64,000 nucleotides of DNA, from contig MU058463.1 in assembly GCA_013265495.1 (NCBI GenBank), forward strand, positions 682,001-746,000. Direction: 5' to 3'. The notes under the pieces were generated by a model. It was not told where the DNA came from, did not search any database, and saw only the letters and a list, made by a program, of their open reading frames with translations. Positions 13,480 through 27,075 of this stretch are shown one piece after another. The position numbers were made by a program, and so were the translations under genes. Source of the DNA: Vicugna vicugna (Eukaryota). The first letter of the stretch is position 1; each line of letters begins with the position of its first letter.

Positions 13480-13890
13480 CTATGAATAGAACCATGATTA
13501 GGCAGTAGATATAATTTTAAAAATCAGTAATATTACTCAGTTATTTTAAAAATGGCAAGTGTTTCTTTTTTTAAATAACAACCATTAAGAAGAATTTATT
13601 AAAACTATAGAAATGGACCAGATAAACATATATATGTACATAAACACAGGATTAAAGGGAAGTAGTAAACTGAAAAATAGATATGAAAATTTACACAACA
13701 TTCAATACAAATTTTCATGAAGAGCAAAAATTTGAAACAGATTCTAAGAAGCGTTGAAGACAGAATGAGATGTTACAGTATTTTTATTCAGATTTTTAGA
13801 GAATGGAAAAGATGGTATGGAGAAATAGGATAGCTATATAAATACAAATATAAAAAAACAGACATAAACTAAACATTTTCAGAGATGGAG
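13480..13890 (+). mobile_element. Degenerate L1/HAL1 ORF1-like fragment
   Basis: A-rich text resembling the ORF1 coiled-coil/RRM coding region (…GAAGACAGAATGAGATG…). Confidence 0.4.
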
Positions 13891-14201
13891 ATACTGACTA
13901 TCACAAATATTTTTTGATAATGAATAATTGGTTCACACCAACATAACCAACAAAAAGAAAAGCAGGAATACCTCGTATCCAGGGCTGAATTAGTCATAAA
14001 CTCCTATAGATAACACCCAGAACAAGGAAGGACCATTTTTCCATCCTTATGTCATTTAAGGAAAACAGAAGTGCCCAGAAGGATAATAACACATTCTTGT
14101 TCTTATATGGCAGTGGAGCCCTATAAAGAGGAACTACCTGCTTTTCCAAACAAGAGAAGGAATAGATAATGTATATATTGTTTGGCTTTGTGGCCTCAAG
14201 G

Positions 14202-14223
14202 GTGTGTGTGTGTGTGTGTGTGT
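14202..14223. repeat. (GT)n microsatellite
   Basis: Direct read. Confidence 0.95.
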
Positions 14224-15879
14224 ATTGAGTCTATAAATTGCTAAAATCAGGGAGCTCTAAAAACTGCATAAATTAACCCAAAATGCCTATGCTTTGAGGG
14301 CTCAGAAATATCCACTGCTCCTCACTTAAAAATGTTAACCATTTTTAATATTCACATAAAGTCTTTTCCTTTTCTTTTTGTAATTAGTAAAGTAATATTG
14401 TAAAACTGAGCTAACTCCAAGAGCGAATTATCCCATTTGCTACCTTCCTTTATCCCAAGTCTAGATTGTGGAAACTGCCTCTCAGTGGGGATTTTGTACT
14501 GATGGGAAAAAACATGCATATGCATGCCTAATATGATGAAAAGCCAGAAATCTTCACGAAAGTTGTAGTCATTAGATTAAATAGAATTTAAAGGAGAATT
14601 TTTCTGAACATCCTTTTAAAAGAACATGCTTGGTCTTTTTGTTGCTGTTTGATTTTATGTTGTGGTTTTGTTACCTATGGGCATGGAGCTAAGAAAATAG
14701 AGAAAAGTGACTTGATTTTGCTGTGTTTGTTGATAAAATGTCTTAATCAGTTTCATCATCAAAGATAGTACAAGTATAAAGAAAATGACTCTTTCTTTTG
14801 ACAAGATACTTACCAAAAAGAGACATCTGTTTGAGGTATTCTATCCAATGCCTTAGAATGTGCAGAGCAGGAAGTTTTCCCATTAGTTACCAGTTCCCTG
14901 AAGAACATATTTCCCATCCACTCTATGCCAAAAACTGTATTTCTGAGTAATGAAAGACACTGTATCCTTAGAAAAGTTAAACTCCACCTCCTAAATGAAT
15001 TACTATCTTTCATCTGAACATTTTTTCTGCTAACCGCAGAATCACAATGACAGATTAACAGTGACTTCTGAGTTATGCAAAAAAAGGAAAGAAGAAAAAA
15101 AGTATCTCATAGCATTCAAGGTCATAATGCTGTACACAATACTTGGGGTTAAAAAATACAGACTGTCAATTTTTGCATTAGCAGTTTTCCTGTTTTTGCT
15201 TTTCTTTCTCCTTGGGCACAGACTTTACAGGTGTGAATCCATAAACCATAGTTTTTATGATTTTTTCTTCTTTCTTCAAGTCATAGGTAAGAGGATAAAC
15301 ATGTTACCTCTTATACAATTAATAATGAAAATTTCAGTGAACTTTTCTTATATATTCAGTAACTTTCAAAAAAGGTTTTCTCAAAGTCAGTGAAACTCAA
15401 GTTTAATTTTGCTTTTTAATTTCATAATAAATAAAATAGCAATAGAATAAATGACAAAAATTCTTACTTGATATTTTTAGACAGCCAGACATTTTTTAGG
15501 TATGAATTACTTTTATCTGTTGAAATTTTATTTCTATTATTTTCAAATAATCTGAAAAATATCAGGAGTATAACATCTTGAAAATAAACAATAAATTTTC
15601 AAACACATCTTAATTAATATGTGCATTAATACAGTCCTTCACACTGTATTTTAGCTGCTATGTAGCTACTAAGTAATCCAGATATTTATGTACACATTAA
15701 AGTACAGACTTTCCAAGTAAGTTTTGCAACTCAATATAAAGTCATTTTGGCAAAAAAATACCCCGGTAACTTGAACACATTTCAGTGTTAGTTGAGATTA
15801 GTTTTTAATTATTAGTTTTATTATTAGTGATAAATGTTGGCATGATGAAATTATTGGTATGGTATTGACTTTAGCACAT

Positions 15880-16030
15880 TATATAAAAGCAAGTTTAAGA
15901 GGAACGCTTGAGACAAAATTGGCAAAAATTTGATAAGTGTTATAAGTGGGTGATATTTATATAGGATTCATTATAGTTTTTCCTCTTTTTATGTGTATAC
16001 TCAAAATTTTCCATAATAAAAAGTCAAAAC
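15880..16030 (+). mobile_element. Old L1 (L1MC/ME-like) 3'UTR fragment
   Basis: GGATTCATTATAGTTTTTCCTCTTTTTATGTGTATACTCAAAATTTTCCATAATAAAAAGT terminus. Confidence 0.5.
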
Positions 16031-16224
16031 AAAAGAAGTTTTAATTACTGTTAAATATAATTAGTCTATAGAAAAATTGAAGTTTTACCACCAAAATATT
16101 ATTATGATATTAATCATCAGAGATTCTCTATCTTTCAATGCATAAGAGGTATTTTTCATCAATAATGAATATCCTCTTTAGTGGCCAGCTAATTTTGAAT
16201 GAAATTACATAACATAAAATGGGA

Positions 16225-17258
16225 AAAAATTGAGAACATCAATGAAACCAAAAGCTGATTCTTTGAAAAGAAAAGAAAATTAAGAAATCTGTAGCTATTT
16301 AACCAAGAAAAATAAATGATACAAAATTATTAATATTATTAATGAATGAAGTATCATCATATTCATTCCATGATCACTAAAAGGAAAATAGAGTAATACT
16401 AAGAAAATTCATATGCCTACAAATTTGATAGCAAAAATTAAAATGGACCAATTCCTTAGAAAACCTAAACTACCAAATTCATGCATGGAGAAATGGATCA
16501 CCTTAATAAATCTATACCAAGGAAAGAGTTTCAATCAATAATTATTAATGTCCCAAAATGAAGACATCAGACCCAGATAGTTTCACTTGTGAATTCTATC
16601 AAATATTAAAGCAATTTACTTCCAATTATCCACAATCTCAACAAGAAAATGAAGCAAATACTTCCTAGAATTACTGTAACAACAAGACCAAAAAAAGACA
16701 ATTTTAAAAAGGGAAAACTCCAGTGCAATGTTACTCATGAATGAATGTGCAAAAGACCTCAACAATTTTTAGTAAATTTAATCCCACAGTATACTTAAAA
16801 AGTGTGTACTATGACAAATGGAATTTATTCCATGTATACAAGTTTGTTTAACATTCAAAAATCAATGTAATACATTCTATCAACACAATAAAGAAAAAAA
16901 TAGTATGGTCATATGAATTGATAACAATTTAGAAAATCTGATACCCATTCATGATAAAAAATAAGCAAAAAGAAAACAAAAATCTCAGCAAAATAAGAAG
17001 AGATGAAAAGTTCCTGAACTTTATAAAATACATCTATAAAAAATAGAAAAATCTTGCAAATATCATCCTTATCAATAATCATGTAGATGGTTCCACTGTA
17101 AGTTCTAGAACAAGATGAGGATATCCTCTTACAACTCCTATACAATGTCATGCTGCAAGTACCAGCTAGTGCAATGAGACAAGAAAAAGAAATACAAATA
17201 CAGATTGGAAAAGAAGAAATAAACTATCATTTTTCACAGACAACAAAATTATCTGTGA
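16225..17258 (+). mobile_element. L1 ORF2 (RT region) fragment
   Basis: Starts at ATCAATGAAACCAAAAGCTGATTCTTTGAAAAG (INETKSWFFEK-like) and has CAGACCCAGATAGTTTCACTTGTGAATTCTATC (PGPDGFT-like). It ends AMRQEKEI..IQIGKEE plus a decayed SLFADDM motif. Confidence 0.88.
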
Positions 17259-17379
17259 TTTGGCAATCATCACAATTTTTTGTCTTTTTAAAATCCTGGT
17301 TTCTTATTCCCATTGTCTTCCCCGTTATTCATCTTGACAGTGAAAAATCTCTATGTATTTTCCATGTTTATGTAATTAA

Positions 17380-17740
17380 TTGCAAATATGTATATATATA
17401 CATATTTATATGCATGCTAAGAGGAGTATATTTATTCCAATGTGATTATTACACATTCAAGTTTCTGCATTCACTTCCCTTATTCAACAATAACTTCTGC
17501 AGATTCTCCTGATACATTTCAAATGTAGAGTGTTTTAATTGGATAATGTTTATTAATCAGTATGTGAAATAACTTCATAATTTTTTTCCTATTGCTAGGC
17601 ATTCACTTTGCTTGGAACTTTTTGTCACTGTAAATAGTGAAGTAGTAAATATTCTCATGTGGGTATTTTTACATTCCTATAATTGTATTTATAATATGAT
17701 TTCTAGGAATGGGTTGTTGGATTAAAATAGTATGTCTAAA
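17380..17740 (-). mobile_element. Old L1ME-like fragment, antisense
   Basis: TTTCTAGGAATGGGTTGTTGGATTAAA and flanking text resemble antisense L1 ORF2 3' end. Confidence 0.45.
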
Positions 17741-18449
17741 TTTACCCTAAAAATATTGTTGGTTTATATTGTTGTAATTCAAATGTACAAATATTTAGAA
17801 TTATACATAAACAATTCTTATTATTTTACTATTAAAAATTCATTATTATAATTGCTATAGCTTAAGATCAAAGATGTTTTTAAAATATGCCAGTTTATTC
17901 CATAATAACTTCACTATTAACTCTAATTTAATAACCTTTCTAAACTAAATATGCTTAATTTTTCTTAATATTCTTTATTATTTCGAAAAGTAGACTTGTA
18001 TATCATCTATCCCAAATCAGTATTATACTAAATTTTCAAAGAAATAGAGACATTCAGTGACTCATTTTTAATAGTAATTATTCCAAATGCTAAAATGATT
18101 TCATTCAGTGAAACCCACATCTATCTTGCTATAATTAAAAGCAGCTGCTTTGGCTCTCACTTCAATACTTATTCATTTTTTAAAATATAATGACCCTTCT
18201 TATACAGAATATAAGTTATTAGGTCACCTGCCAGCAGTCTTTTCTCAAGCTACTTAATATCACTCCTTTAAGCTTTATTCATATCTTATATTTCCAAGAT
18301 TTGGATCATTTTTCATACATTGCATATTTTTCTACATCCTTTTTGGCATTCAGACTTTCTGCAAATGCTAGAATCTAGCCAAGAATGGCATAGGGCATTG
18401 CTATATTTCCAAATTTTCTAGTTCTAATACTCAAAATAATAAAAGTCTC

Positions 18450-18552
18450 TATTATAAAATAGATAAACAAGGACTGCTTATAGAACAGGTAACTATATTC
18501 AATTTCTTGTAATAACATATAATGGAAAATAATCTGAAAAAAATATTAAAAA
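18450..18552 (+). mobile_element. Short L1 3'UTR fragment (cetartiodactyl type)
   Basis: ATAAAATAGATAAACAAGGAC...TAGAACAGGTAACTATATTCAATTTCTTGTAATAAC. Confidence 0.6.
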
Positions 18553-18999
18553 TGTCTCTATTAACCTGGAGAAGATTAATCACTTATAAGTGCATACCTT
18601 ATTTCCATGAATTATTACTATATTCAATGGAATAAGTAGAAAAGTTTCTTCCAACAAACCAGTGCTATTGTGTCTAGAAATTTCCATGACTGTAATTAAA
18701 GGAGGACACATCAAAGAGAGGGTAATTATTTTCTCCCACTCATCTCTCAGCAGTGTAGCGCCTCAGAGATAGCTCATGACTCTTCTTTCTTTTGCAGTCT
18801 CCTTTGATGTACATTTTTTTCATTGTTTTGATTACCATAGTTATGTTCATGGCTTCTCAACAGTTACCACTGGACTCTTTAGAAATATGTGAGCATCACT
18901 CATTTGAGCCCACAAAAACACCTGAATGCAAAGAGTCACCTATTCCTATAGAATGCTTAACACAGTCATCATAGGTAAAGCTTCCATAGGTAAAAGTAT

Positions 19000-19752
19000 C
19001 CAGTCATCCAAGTCTCCAACTTTGCCGTTCATACGCCCTCAGTGACACTTTATCATGACAACTACTCCTGACCTTCTAAATAAGTTTTTATTTTATGGAC
19101 TCAATATTACTTTACTCTTTTTTTCTGTTTTTGCATACTAATGGCTAATGTCTTCTCTACTAGTCAAAACCTGTATCATCTATTACTGTGAAATAATCTG
19201 TTATTCTTGAAATTAGTTTTACTCCTTTTAGACTCATCCACATTTCACATTTCAAACAATCTGAGAAAGTCAAATGTTATAATGTTGTTAGTTAGTTAAA
19301 TCCTTATATATATCTCCATATTCCACCAAATAAGTGCATCGTGATTGCAATGGCACATGAGAACCTCAAAAATTGAGATCATCTTCCATCATTAATTGCT
19401 TAATAACTTTCAACCCAGTAATACCAAACTGCTTATGGTGTGTAAATATCACTGTTATGATCCCATATCCTAGTTCTTTCTGGGTTTCTGTCTTATGCAT
19501 CTCTTTTCTCTATTAATCAGTATTTACTGGTGCTACTGTATCCATCTCAAAATTACCTCAAGAAGACATCTCTAAGCCCTTTCTACTTGTATGATCTTTC
19601 TTGTGCTTTAGCAGCATTAACCATGTGACTTTTTCTTACCATCTATCATAATAAATTGTACTAAAAAAATTGATGTTCTTAAAGTCCTTAAAGGCTGGAA
19701 CTTTGCTTAATTTTCTTTTTAACCCCAACAGTTATAATGTTGATTGAATGAA
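19000..19752 (+). mobile_element. Degenerate L2 fragments
   Basis: Pyrimidine-rich L2-like text ending TGTTGATTGAATGAA. Confidence 0.35.
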
Positions 19753-19804
19753 TTATCAAAAAATGTTCATCAAAATGAAATATTTAAAAATAGTTGTTGG
19801 ATCC

Positions 19805-20140
19805 ACTTCCTGTATGGCTGGGGTCCAGTTTGAGTCTTTCCACTTAAACTCCTACCATAGACTTACATAACAATATAAATTCACATAAATCTTGAACAAT
19901 TACAAAAATAAAACTACTTGGAAATACTTGAGAATGAGCAAAAGCAGGCAGATTCTGGAGGGGTAGACAATACTTGGAAGAAGAGTAAGGCATTGGGTGA
20001 GTGATCACATTTTTCAGATTTATCTTAAAGGAAGGCTACAGTTGGAGGCACAAGTGATAGCTGAAACTTCGATTCAAAACTCAGACTTTCTAGTCTGAAG
20101 AACCAGATAGCAGACATTTGTGTAACCTAAACTGTGGAAG
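19805..20140 (+). mobile_element. L1M 5'UTR fragment
   Basis: ACTTCCTGTATGGC...GAGAATGAGCAAAAGCAGGCAGATTCTGGAGGGG resembles L1MC/MD 5' ends. Confidence 0.5.
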
Positions 20141-20144
20141 GCTA

Positions 20145-21380
20145 ACAGGCATCATTCTCAGGTAATGCTTCTGCACCATTCTTTTTCCTCTCCTTCGAAA
20201 ATCCAGTTAAACATAAAGTAGAACTTTTAAGTATGTTATGTATCTGTCTTACACTCTTTTTTGGATTTTCCATTATTTTTTTCCTTTTCTTTTTTTCATT
20301 TGTAAACTTTTCAGTTTTCCTCTTATTTTTTTTTCCATTTTCTAGTGAGTTCAGCTTTGTCCAACCTATTGTCAAATGTTTTCTTTTGTTTTTAATGTTA
20401 CTTATTGCATGTTTCACTCCAAGAATTCCCTCAGTATTCTTTAAAAGGTTTCTTTTTCCCTGATGAAATTTTACATTACAATCTATATTTACAAATATAT
20501 TAATCTCATCAAAATTTTTATCCATGTTTGATAACTTGAGAATCTAGATCATTTATGAGTCAATTTCACTTGTTACTGTTTTTCACTTGAGCTAGTTTAT
20601 TGTGCTGCCTATTACTTTATTTGAGAGAATATCTGAAACAGTCTATGAAAAATTGTAGGGTCAATGGATACTGTTTGTTCTTCCCTCAAAGAAGTTATAT
20701 TTAATCATCAGACAGATAATTAAATTAGGGTCAATGCAACTCAATCCAAATGCTAGTTTCAGAATTCATCAAGTCTCTTTCCTGTTTGCTCTTAACTTTA
20801 TGAATTAGCCTATCAAAGACTTAATTGACAGTATGGAATGTAGACCTATACTCTTCCTTCTTGATAGTTCCTAATTCTAATATTTATCTCCTAAGAACCA
20901 AGGACTCTGATAGTTTCATTGAACCATTCAACATTTTAACAGCAGCTGTTTTCTGCTTGAACAGCCTAGGAATCTGGAAACACATCAACTGGAAAAGTGT
21001 TGCAGAATGTCAGGCTCATTTCTCACTGGGAACTTAGCCCTTCAAGTCTGAATCAGCTATTCTCTCTCTTGGCTGCCCTGAATCAAATACTTCTCTCTCC
21101 AGTCCTGTAAACTACTGAAATTCCTAATTGGCTCGTATATTCCCCCGGTTTCTGCTACAATTTGTATTCTTTTTCCCCATGCTGCATATTAGCAAATGTT
21201 CTGCTGGAAAAGCTAAGTGTCAGATACAACACAATGATGTGTTCTTCTGTCTGGGATCTTGGTCCCTCCAATCACAGCTAATTTCATGGCCCTCTGATAT
21301 CTTCAAGCTAACTTTTTTAACCCGTTATTCTAGTCTTTGGTGGGAATTTTGATCTGCACACATTAGACTTTTGTATCTAG
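20145..21380 (-). mobile_element. L1 ORF1 + 5'UTR fragment, antisense
   Basis: ORF 20142-20525(-) has LKSSTLCLTGFSKERKKNGAEAL, similar to ORF1p KRSNIRIIGVPEGEE.ENGAE. Confidence 0.65.
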
Positions 21381-21739
21381 AAAGAGCTGGCACTATTTTT
21401 CATAAATTGGAAATAAATTTCAAATTGAAGTTATTTGAAAGAATTGGGTAGTAGAAAATAAGCTAATTCCCCTTTCATTATGTCAAAGTTCTGTCCATTT
21501 AATTTTGTATGAATAGAATAAAAACAAATTATTTCATGCTTTCATTTAATAGTCATTCTTTCTATTAATATTTATAAAATTATATATATATCAGTGTTTA
21601 CAATACTTGTACACATATTGTTTTTGTAAAGCTATATTTTTTTCAGAGAGGGAGAGATTGGAAGATAGAAAACATGTTTTTTTCTGTTTACCAGAATAGT
21701 TATGAGTCATATATATGTATTATTTATTTCACATAAATT

Positions 21740-21870
21740 TTGCAACACAATATGTTAGATACTATTGATACTACTATTTCATAGAGGAGAAAGTGAAGAT
21801 ATAGAAAAGTTAAACAATTGTGAATTTCCCAAGATGACACATAAGTGTCAAAAATTAAATTTCAATCTAC
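21740..21870 (-). mobile_element. MIR fragment
   Basis: ATTTCATAGAGGAGAAAGTGAAG...AAGTTAAACAATTG...CCCAAGATGACACA matches the MIR core in antisense. Confidence 0.6.
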
Positions 21871-22280
21871 TCACACATACAGAAGTCAGCATAGGCAGAG
21901 GAAGCTGAAGCCATAGGCCCAGGGACTCAGATAAAGAGATCAGCCAATGAAGGTGCCAAAGCTAGGAGTGCAAATACACAGAGAGCATGGTGGCCAGAGG
22001 GCCTGACTCCTTGACTGCAGCTCCCTTCAGAGACTGCAGTGCTCTGGGTGTGCACCAAATTTGGAAGGTCAGCTTCCCCATGAGGACTGCCAGGTAGAGC
22101 CTTTGTACATGCTTATGGTCAGCCCTAAAAAACAGGCTTTAAAAACATATCAGATTTTAACCAGGAGTCAGACTCCTCAAATATAGTTAAGTAAATATTA
22201 AGTTTGAAAACATTCTTCCTTTCTGATTAAATTGAAACTAGAATACCATTTGCATCACTTTTTCTGCTTGTTCGTCACCT

Positions 22281-22735
22281 CGTCATTGAAGGAGAATTCC
22301 TCCCTGCCCTAAATAGTCTGGGAGTTATCTAAAAGCAGACACCTGACATTGGAAAGATTAGAATCACAGCAGTGTATTAGTCACACATGATCACAGTGCA
22401 GGGGAGGAGGACTCCACAGGCCAGGAGCACTGAACTGGGGAGCAGGGACTGTGGAAGGCAGTCTGTGTAGTAACAAAGGAGTGAGGTACCCTCCAGACCC
22501 ACAAGTGATGGTTCATTTGAATAATTCTGTGGGCTGTCAGGGAAATGAAACCCATTAGATTAAGAACCAAATAGAAAGCAGCTGCTCCTGCTCAGAGAGG
22601 AAATAGCTGGGTGGAGAGCCTTTTCCTCTAGGTCAGGGGCGTTATCTGGAGAGACCACAAAAACTCACGGTCAGGCTTTGTGGCCCTGTAAGGCTCGAGG
22701 TATGAAGGCAGGACTTTAAATTTTAGGTCTGCTTG
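22281..22735 (-). mobile_element. Solo LTR, ERVL-type (subfamily uncertain)
   Basis: GC-richer block ending GGCCCTGTAAGGCTCGAGGTATGAAGGCAGGACTTTAAATTTTAGG, resembling an antisense ERVL-group MER LTR start. Confidence 0.55.
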
Positions 22736-22744
22736 TAATTCTCA

Positions 22745-24850
22745 GAATTTAATGCAGTAAATTTCCCTTGACATATTTTTCTGAGTTCTACATATATTGG
22801 TATATTGTGTTTTTTCTTAATTCATTACAAAATATTTTGCAACTTTTCTCGTGATTTTTTTTCTTTGAACTATGAGCTGTTTAGAAGTATATTAACTTTC
22901 AAATATTGGGTGGATGCTATGAATATATTTGTCATTAATTTTGAGCTTGTGTTCTATGTTCATACTTCATATTAAGTTAATTACTAAAATTTTGTAGAGA
23001 TTTATACACCAGAATATACTCTATCTTAATGAATGCTTTTGTGCAATTGAATAAAATGTGCAATTATATTAATGGGTGGACATTCTACAAATTTATATTA
23101 AAACATTTTCTGGTAGAGTTGTTAAGGTCTTCTGTATACTTACTGATTTCCTTTTTATTGCTCTATCAATTATTGAGAGAGGAGTGTTGAAGTATGAAAC
23201 TATAATTGTGGATTGGTTTATTTTTCCTCCCGGTTCTATTAATTTTTTGCTTCATTTATTGTGAAGCACTCTTATTAAGTTCATATACATTTAAGATTGT
23301 TATATCTTTTTGAAAGGTTGACTTGTATATCATTATATAATATTCGTCCTTCTTCCTGATACGAAGCATAATTTATATATTAACATAGTCACAGCCTTTT
23401 TTCTTTATCATTTGAATGTATATCATCTTCAATTATTTTAATTGTAACTTATCCATATCTTTATAATTAAAGTTTTTTTTCTTGTAGGTTGCATGTATTT
23501 GCATCTAAGTTTTATACCCAGTTTGACAGTTTCATAATTTGCACCACTCTGCTCAAATTCCCCATCTATTCATACGTGTTGCCTAGCTTTTACAGTTGAT
23601 TATCATAATTTACTTAAAGTAATTATATCCTAGAATTCCAACATAAGGCTCATCACTGGTTCTGATTCTGTTTATAGTTTCTCTTAAAAAGAGATTACTT
23701 TCTATTTTGTGTATCATAATTTTTAATTGGATGACAGACTTTGTGTGTAGAAGAGTAGAAAGTGAGGTAAATAATATTTATACCTAGAAATGGGCATATA
23801 TTTTTTGGATTTCAACTCACAGAGGTTGTAGTCCATGTAGTCTAGAGCTAAATTGGATTTGTGTTTTACTATTGCTATAGTTACTTTCAGTGCAGCAAAG
23901 ACTTACCTATCAACAATGGCCTGATTCTACTATCTCCTATTGTGGGACTGAACATGTCAGTGGATTTTTCTCAGTTTTCCTGTTTCCACAATCGGCACTC
24001 TGTTAGTCCTGTATACAAGTTTCTTCCACTATTCAAAAGTAGAGGGTTCCTGTGGAGCCTTCTGTAAGCTGAAACTGTGTGAAGTGAATGGAGACACAAA
24101 ATAAATCGAGATAAAGCACAGATACTCACAGACACAGTTCAAAGCTCTGGAGAAGCTGAGATGCTGAGATGCTGAGTGTAGTTTCAGGGGAAGGAGCTTG
24201 ATGGTACCATTTTCACTGCTGCTCTAGATGTGTGCTGCCTCTGTAATGTCTAGCTGCAAAACAAGCAGTGAACACTATTTTCACTTTTCACCTTTTTCCA
24301 TTAAAGCAAAAATCTTCTTCAAATTTCTTTCAGTTAGATAAAACAGGCACTAGTGTAGATCTCTCGTAAAAGCAAACTGACAGAAAGGGAACTTTCGAAA
24401 AGTGAGGGATAACTCTACATTCACTACAGCAAAGGACTATTCCCCAGAAATAGAGTGTTATTGCTTGTTATTTGGTGCAAGACTCATGCGAGAGGCAGAG
24501 GGTTCTCTGATTTACTGCTGCTGCCTCAGTCTCACACATACTATATGTTCCTGGGATCCATGGAGGGGTTTCATCAGCATTACTTTTCCTCCTCTCCCAT
24601 GGCAGCCAGTCTCTGCTTTGTAACTCTGAGGGGTCTTGGGCAGGAGGGTTTTGCTAACTCTCTCAGTGGCAGCAGATCTCTACTCTGTATCAGTACAAAA
24701 TTTCCGGCTCAAGTGTTTCTGCCTCTCTCTAGGGATGTATGGTTTTCACTCTTCTTCCTCCGCTGGTGTCATTGCACCTTTGTCTGGAATTAATAGCAGA
24801 AGGATGTGCTCCTCCCACCTCAGTGGAAGACTGCTAATTTTTGTTACTGA
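22745..24850 (-). mobile_element. L1M fragment(s): ORF2 endonuclease plus 5' region, antisense, interrupted by a Tigger MITE
   Basis: The reverse complement of 23177-23207 encodes IIVSYFNTPL, matching the L1 EN motif IIVGDFNTPLS. L1 5'UTR-like text lies on both sides of 24016-24415. Confidence 0.75.
24016..24415. mobile_element. TcMar-Tigger-type non-autonomous DNA transposon (MITE)
   Basis: TA flanks at 24014-15 and 24416-17. Imperfect TIRs: CAAGTTTCTTCCACTATTCAAAAG versus reverse complement GAGTTATCCCTCACTTTTCGAAAG. The internal text matches a recalled Tigger-family MER consensus. Confidence 0.8.
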
Positions 24851-25861
24851 GTAAAATGACATTTTTCCACATGCTATACATGAACTCCTTAGCTTGGTGT
24901 TTTAAAGTAAGTTTTGGATATTGTACTTACTTCTTTGTTTTTATTATCCTTATGTCACTTTAGTTTTACAACAACTGTGGCTACATGAGTAGGATGATAC
25001 TAGACATTTATTTTTCTTTGGCCCTTTTTGGGCATTTAATAATAAGTCCTTGAATGATATCCCTGTCGGAACAAATAAGATACACATTTACATGTTATGA
25101 TGCTCCATTGTAGTCCATAGTACAGTGTACTATACAGCATTTAATTATTCTCACATTCATGGAGATTTATTTTTCATTTTGTTTTTATGCTATTATAATA
25201 CAGAAGGAAGCCTTTTTGCATATACATCTTTGTACGTATGATGAAGTCATTCTATAGAATACACACTTAGAAATGTAGTATTGGGTCAGAGGGACAGTGC
25301 TTTCCTCATGTTGTTCTTTCCATTCCAGTTATAAAATATGTGAATGTAGTATGTTAAATGATTTCACTTGGGGGGATTACAAATAATTTTTTTTACCATA
25401 TATGTATAAATCTTTTTTTTAGTATTTACTTTCATAAGCTGTGTGAATTCTAAGGAAATCTACATTTATCCAGAAGGAAGTAATTTAAGTTACTAATTAA
25501 AAGAAGAGTTAGATTTTTTCATAGCTCTATAAGTTCACCGAATATGACAAAAAATAAAATAGATCACTGATTAGTAACTTCAATACAATTAGAAGCAAAA
25601 ATGCTTTCTATGATTTTATTTCCCAGGATTGAGTAATTTAATACTGAAAATTGAAACAACTTAAATGCATATTATATTTAAATGTTATAAATATACATAA
25701 ATCAGTTTGACCCTTTTTATTTCTTTCATAAAATGTAAAGATTGAATAATGGTTCATCATTTTCAGCAGTTATTGTTTCTCGATTATCTCATGCTTTCCT
25801 GTACATAATAAATAGATGCATTCAGGCAAGAGAAGTAAATAGTAGCTAGCAAAAACCATTT

Positions 25862-26373
25862 TGTACAACAGGGTTCTCCAGACAAACAGAGCCAATAGGA
25901 TATGTAGAGATTATATAAGAGGAAAGTTATTGTAGGAATTGGCTCACACCATTATGGAGGCCAAGAATTACAACAATCTACTGTCTTCAAGCTAGAGAAC
26001 CAGGAAAGCCCGAGTATAATTCACTTGAGTCTTGAGAACTGAAAATCCAGGGGCCTCTGGTAGAAATCTTGGACTGAGTCTCACTGCCTGAAAACAGGAG
26101 CCCTAATGTCCAAAAACAGGAGAAAATGAGCATCTCAGCTCAAGCAGAGAGGGCAGGTTTGCCCTCTCTCCACCTTTTAATTCTATTTAGACCTTCAATG
26201 GATCAGATGATGCTGACCTGCACTGGTAACTGTGATCTTTTTTATTCAGTCTACTCGATCAGTGCTAATCTCTTCCAGAGACACCCTCACAGACAGACCC
26301 AGAAATAATGTTTTACCAGCAACAGGCACAACACTTATCACAATCAGGTTGACATATAAAATTATCCATCTCA
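25862..26373 (-). mobile_element. MLT2 (ERVL) solo LTR
   Basis: CAGGGTTCTCCAGACAAACAGAGCCAATAGG ... CAGGTTGACATATAAAATTATCCATCTCA are the MLT2 termini in antisense. Confidence 0.88.
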
Positions 26374-27012
26374 TATTCCTCATTATGGATGCCCAAAATA
26401 GAATTACCAAGAATAAGAAAAAGAAATTAATTATCTATGCATAAATGAACCATATGACACTTGGACAATAAGTACAATTTGGGGTTTTAAGGAAATTTAT
26501 ATTGACAAATATAAATCAAGACAGTTGATTTTAAATTATTCAGTTCATATCTTTGGCATATCTTTCTTAGAGCAAGTAGAAATACAGGGTAAGAAGAAAA
26601 GGCTCAATGATAATAGAAAATAACATGATAAACAGAAATTTGAGAAATATTTTCTTGGGTATAAATATCAACCACTCACAAACTACATTTGAATGATCAA
26701 AGTTATTTTCTTGAATATGCAATAAAATTACATTTTAGTACACATATAATATTTCAAATGATCAAATGACTAACTTAAAAACAAGGTAACTTTTATAAAA
26801 TCAGAATCCCAAGATTTCTTGAAAAACAGGTTTTTCAACACTGGGTCTATATTTCTGCATGGATGGATATGTGATTTCCAGTTGTCATGGTCATCACCAT
26901 TCTCCATAGCTTCTCACTCAAGCCCAGCTTGCACATGTTACCTGTAGAGCCACTGGGGGAAAAAAATTGAAGTATAACATACATGCAATAATGTGTAAAA
27001 TCCATGTTTCTA

Positions 27013-27075
27013 TTAACAGACTTTATTTTTAATATACTTAAATTTTAGAACAATTTTAGATTTACAGAAAAATAC
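27013..27075 (-). mobile_element. L1MC/MD-type 3' terminus
   Basis: The minus strand reads TTTTCTGTAAATCTAAAATTGTTCTAAAA...AAAAATAAAGTCTG. Confidence 0.65.

Noticed and set aside
19805..20525. Twin-primed inversion at ~20142
   Set aside because: A sense 5'UTR piece abuts an antisense ORF1 piece with no 3' end or TSD. More likely two unrelated old fragments.
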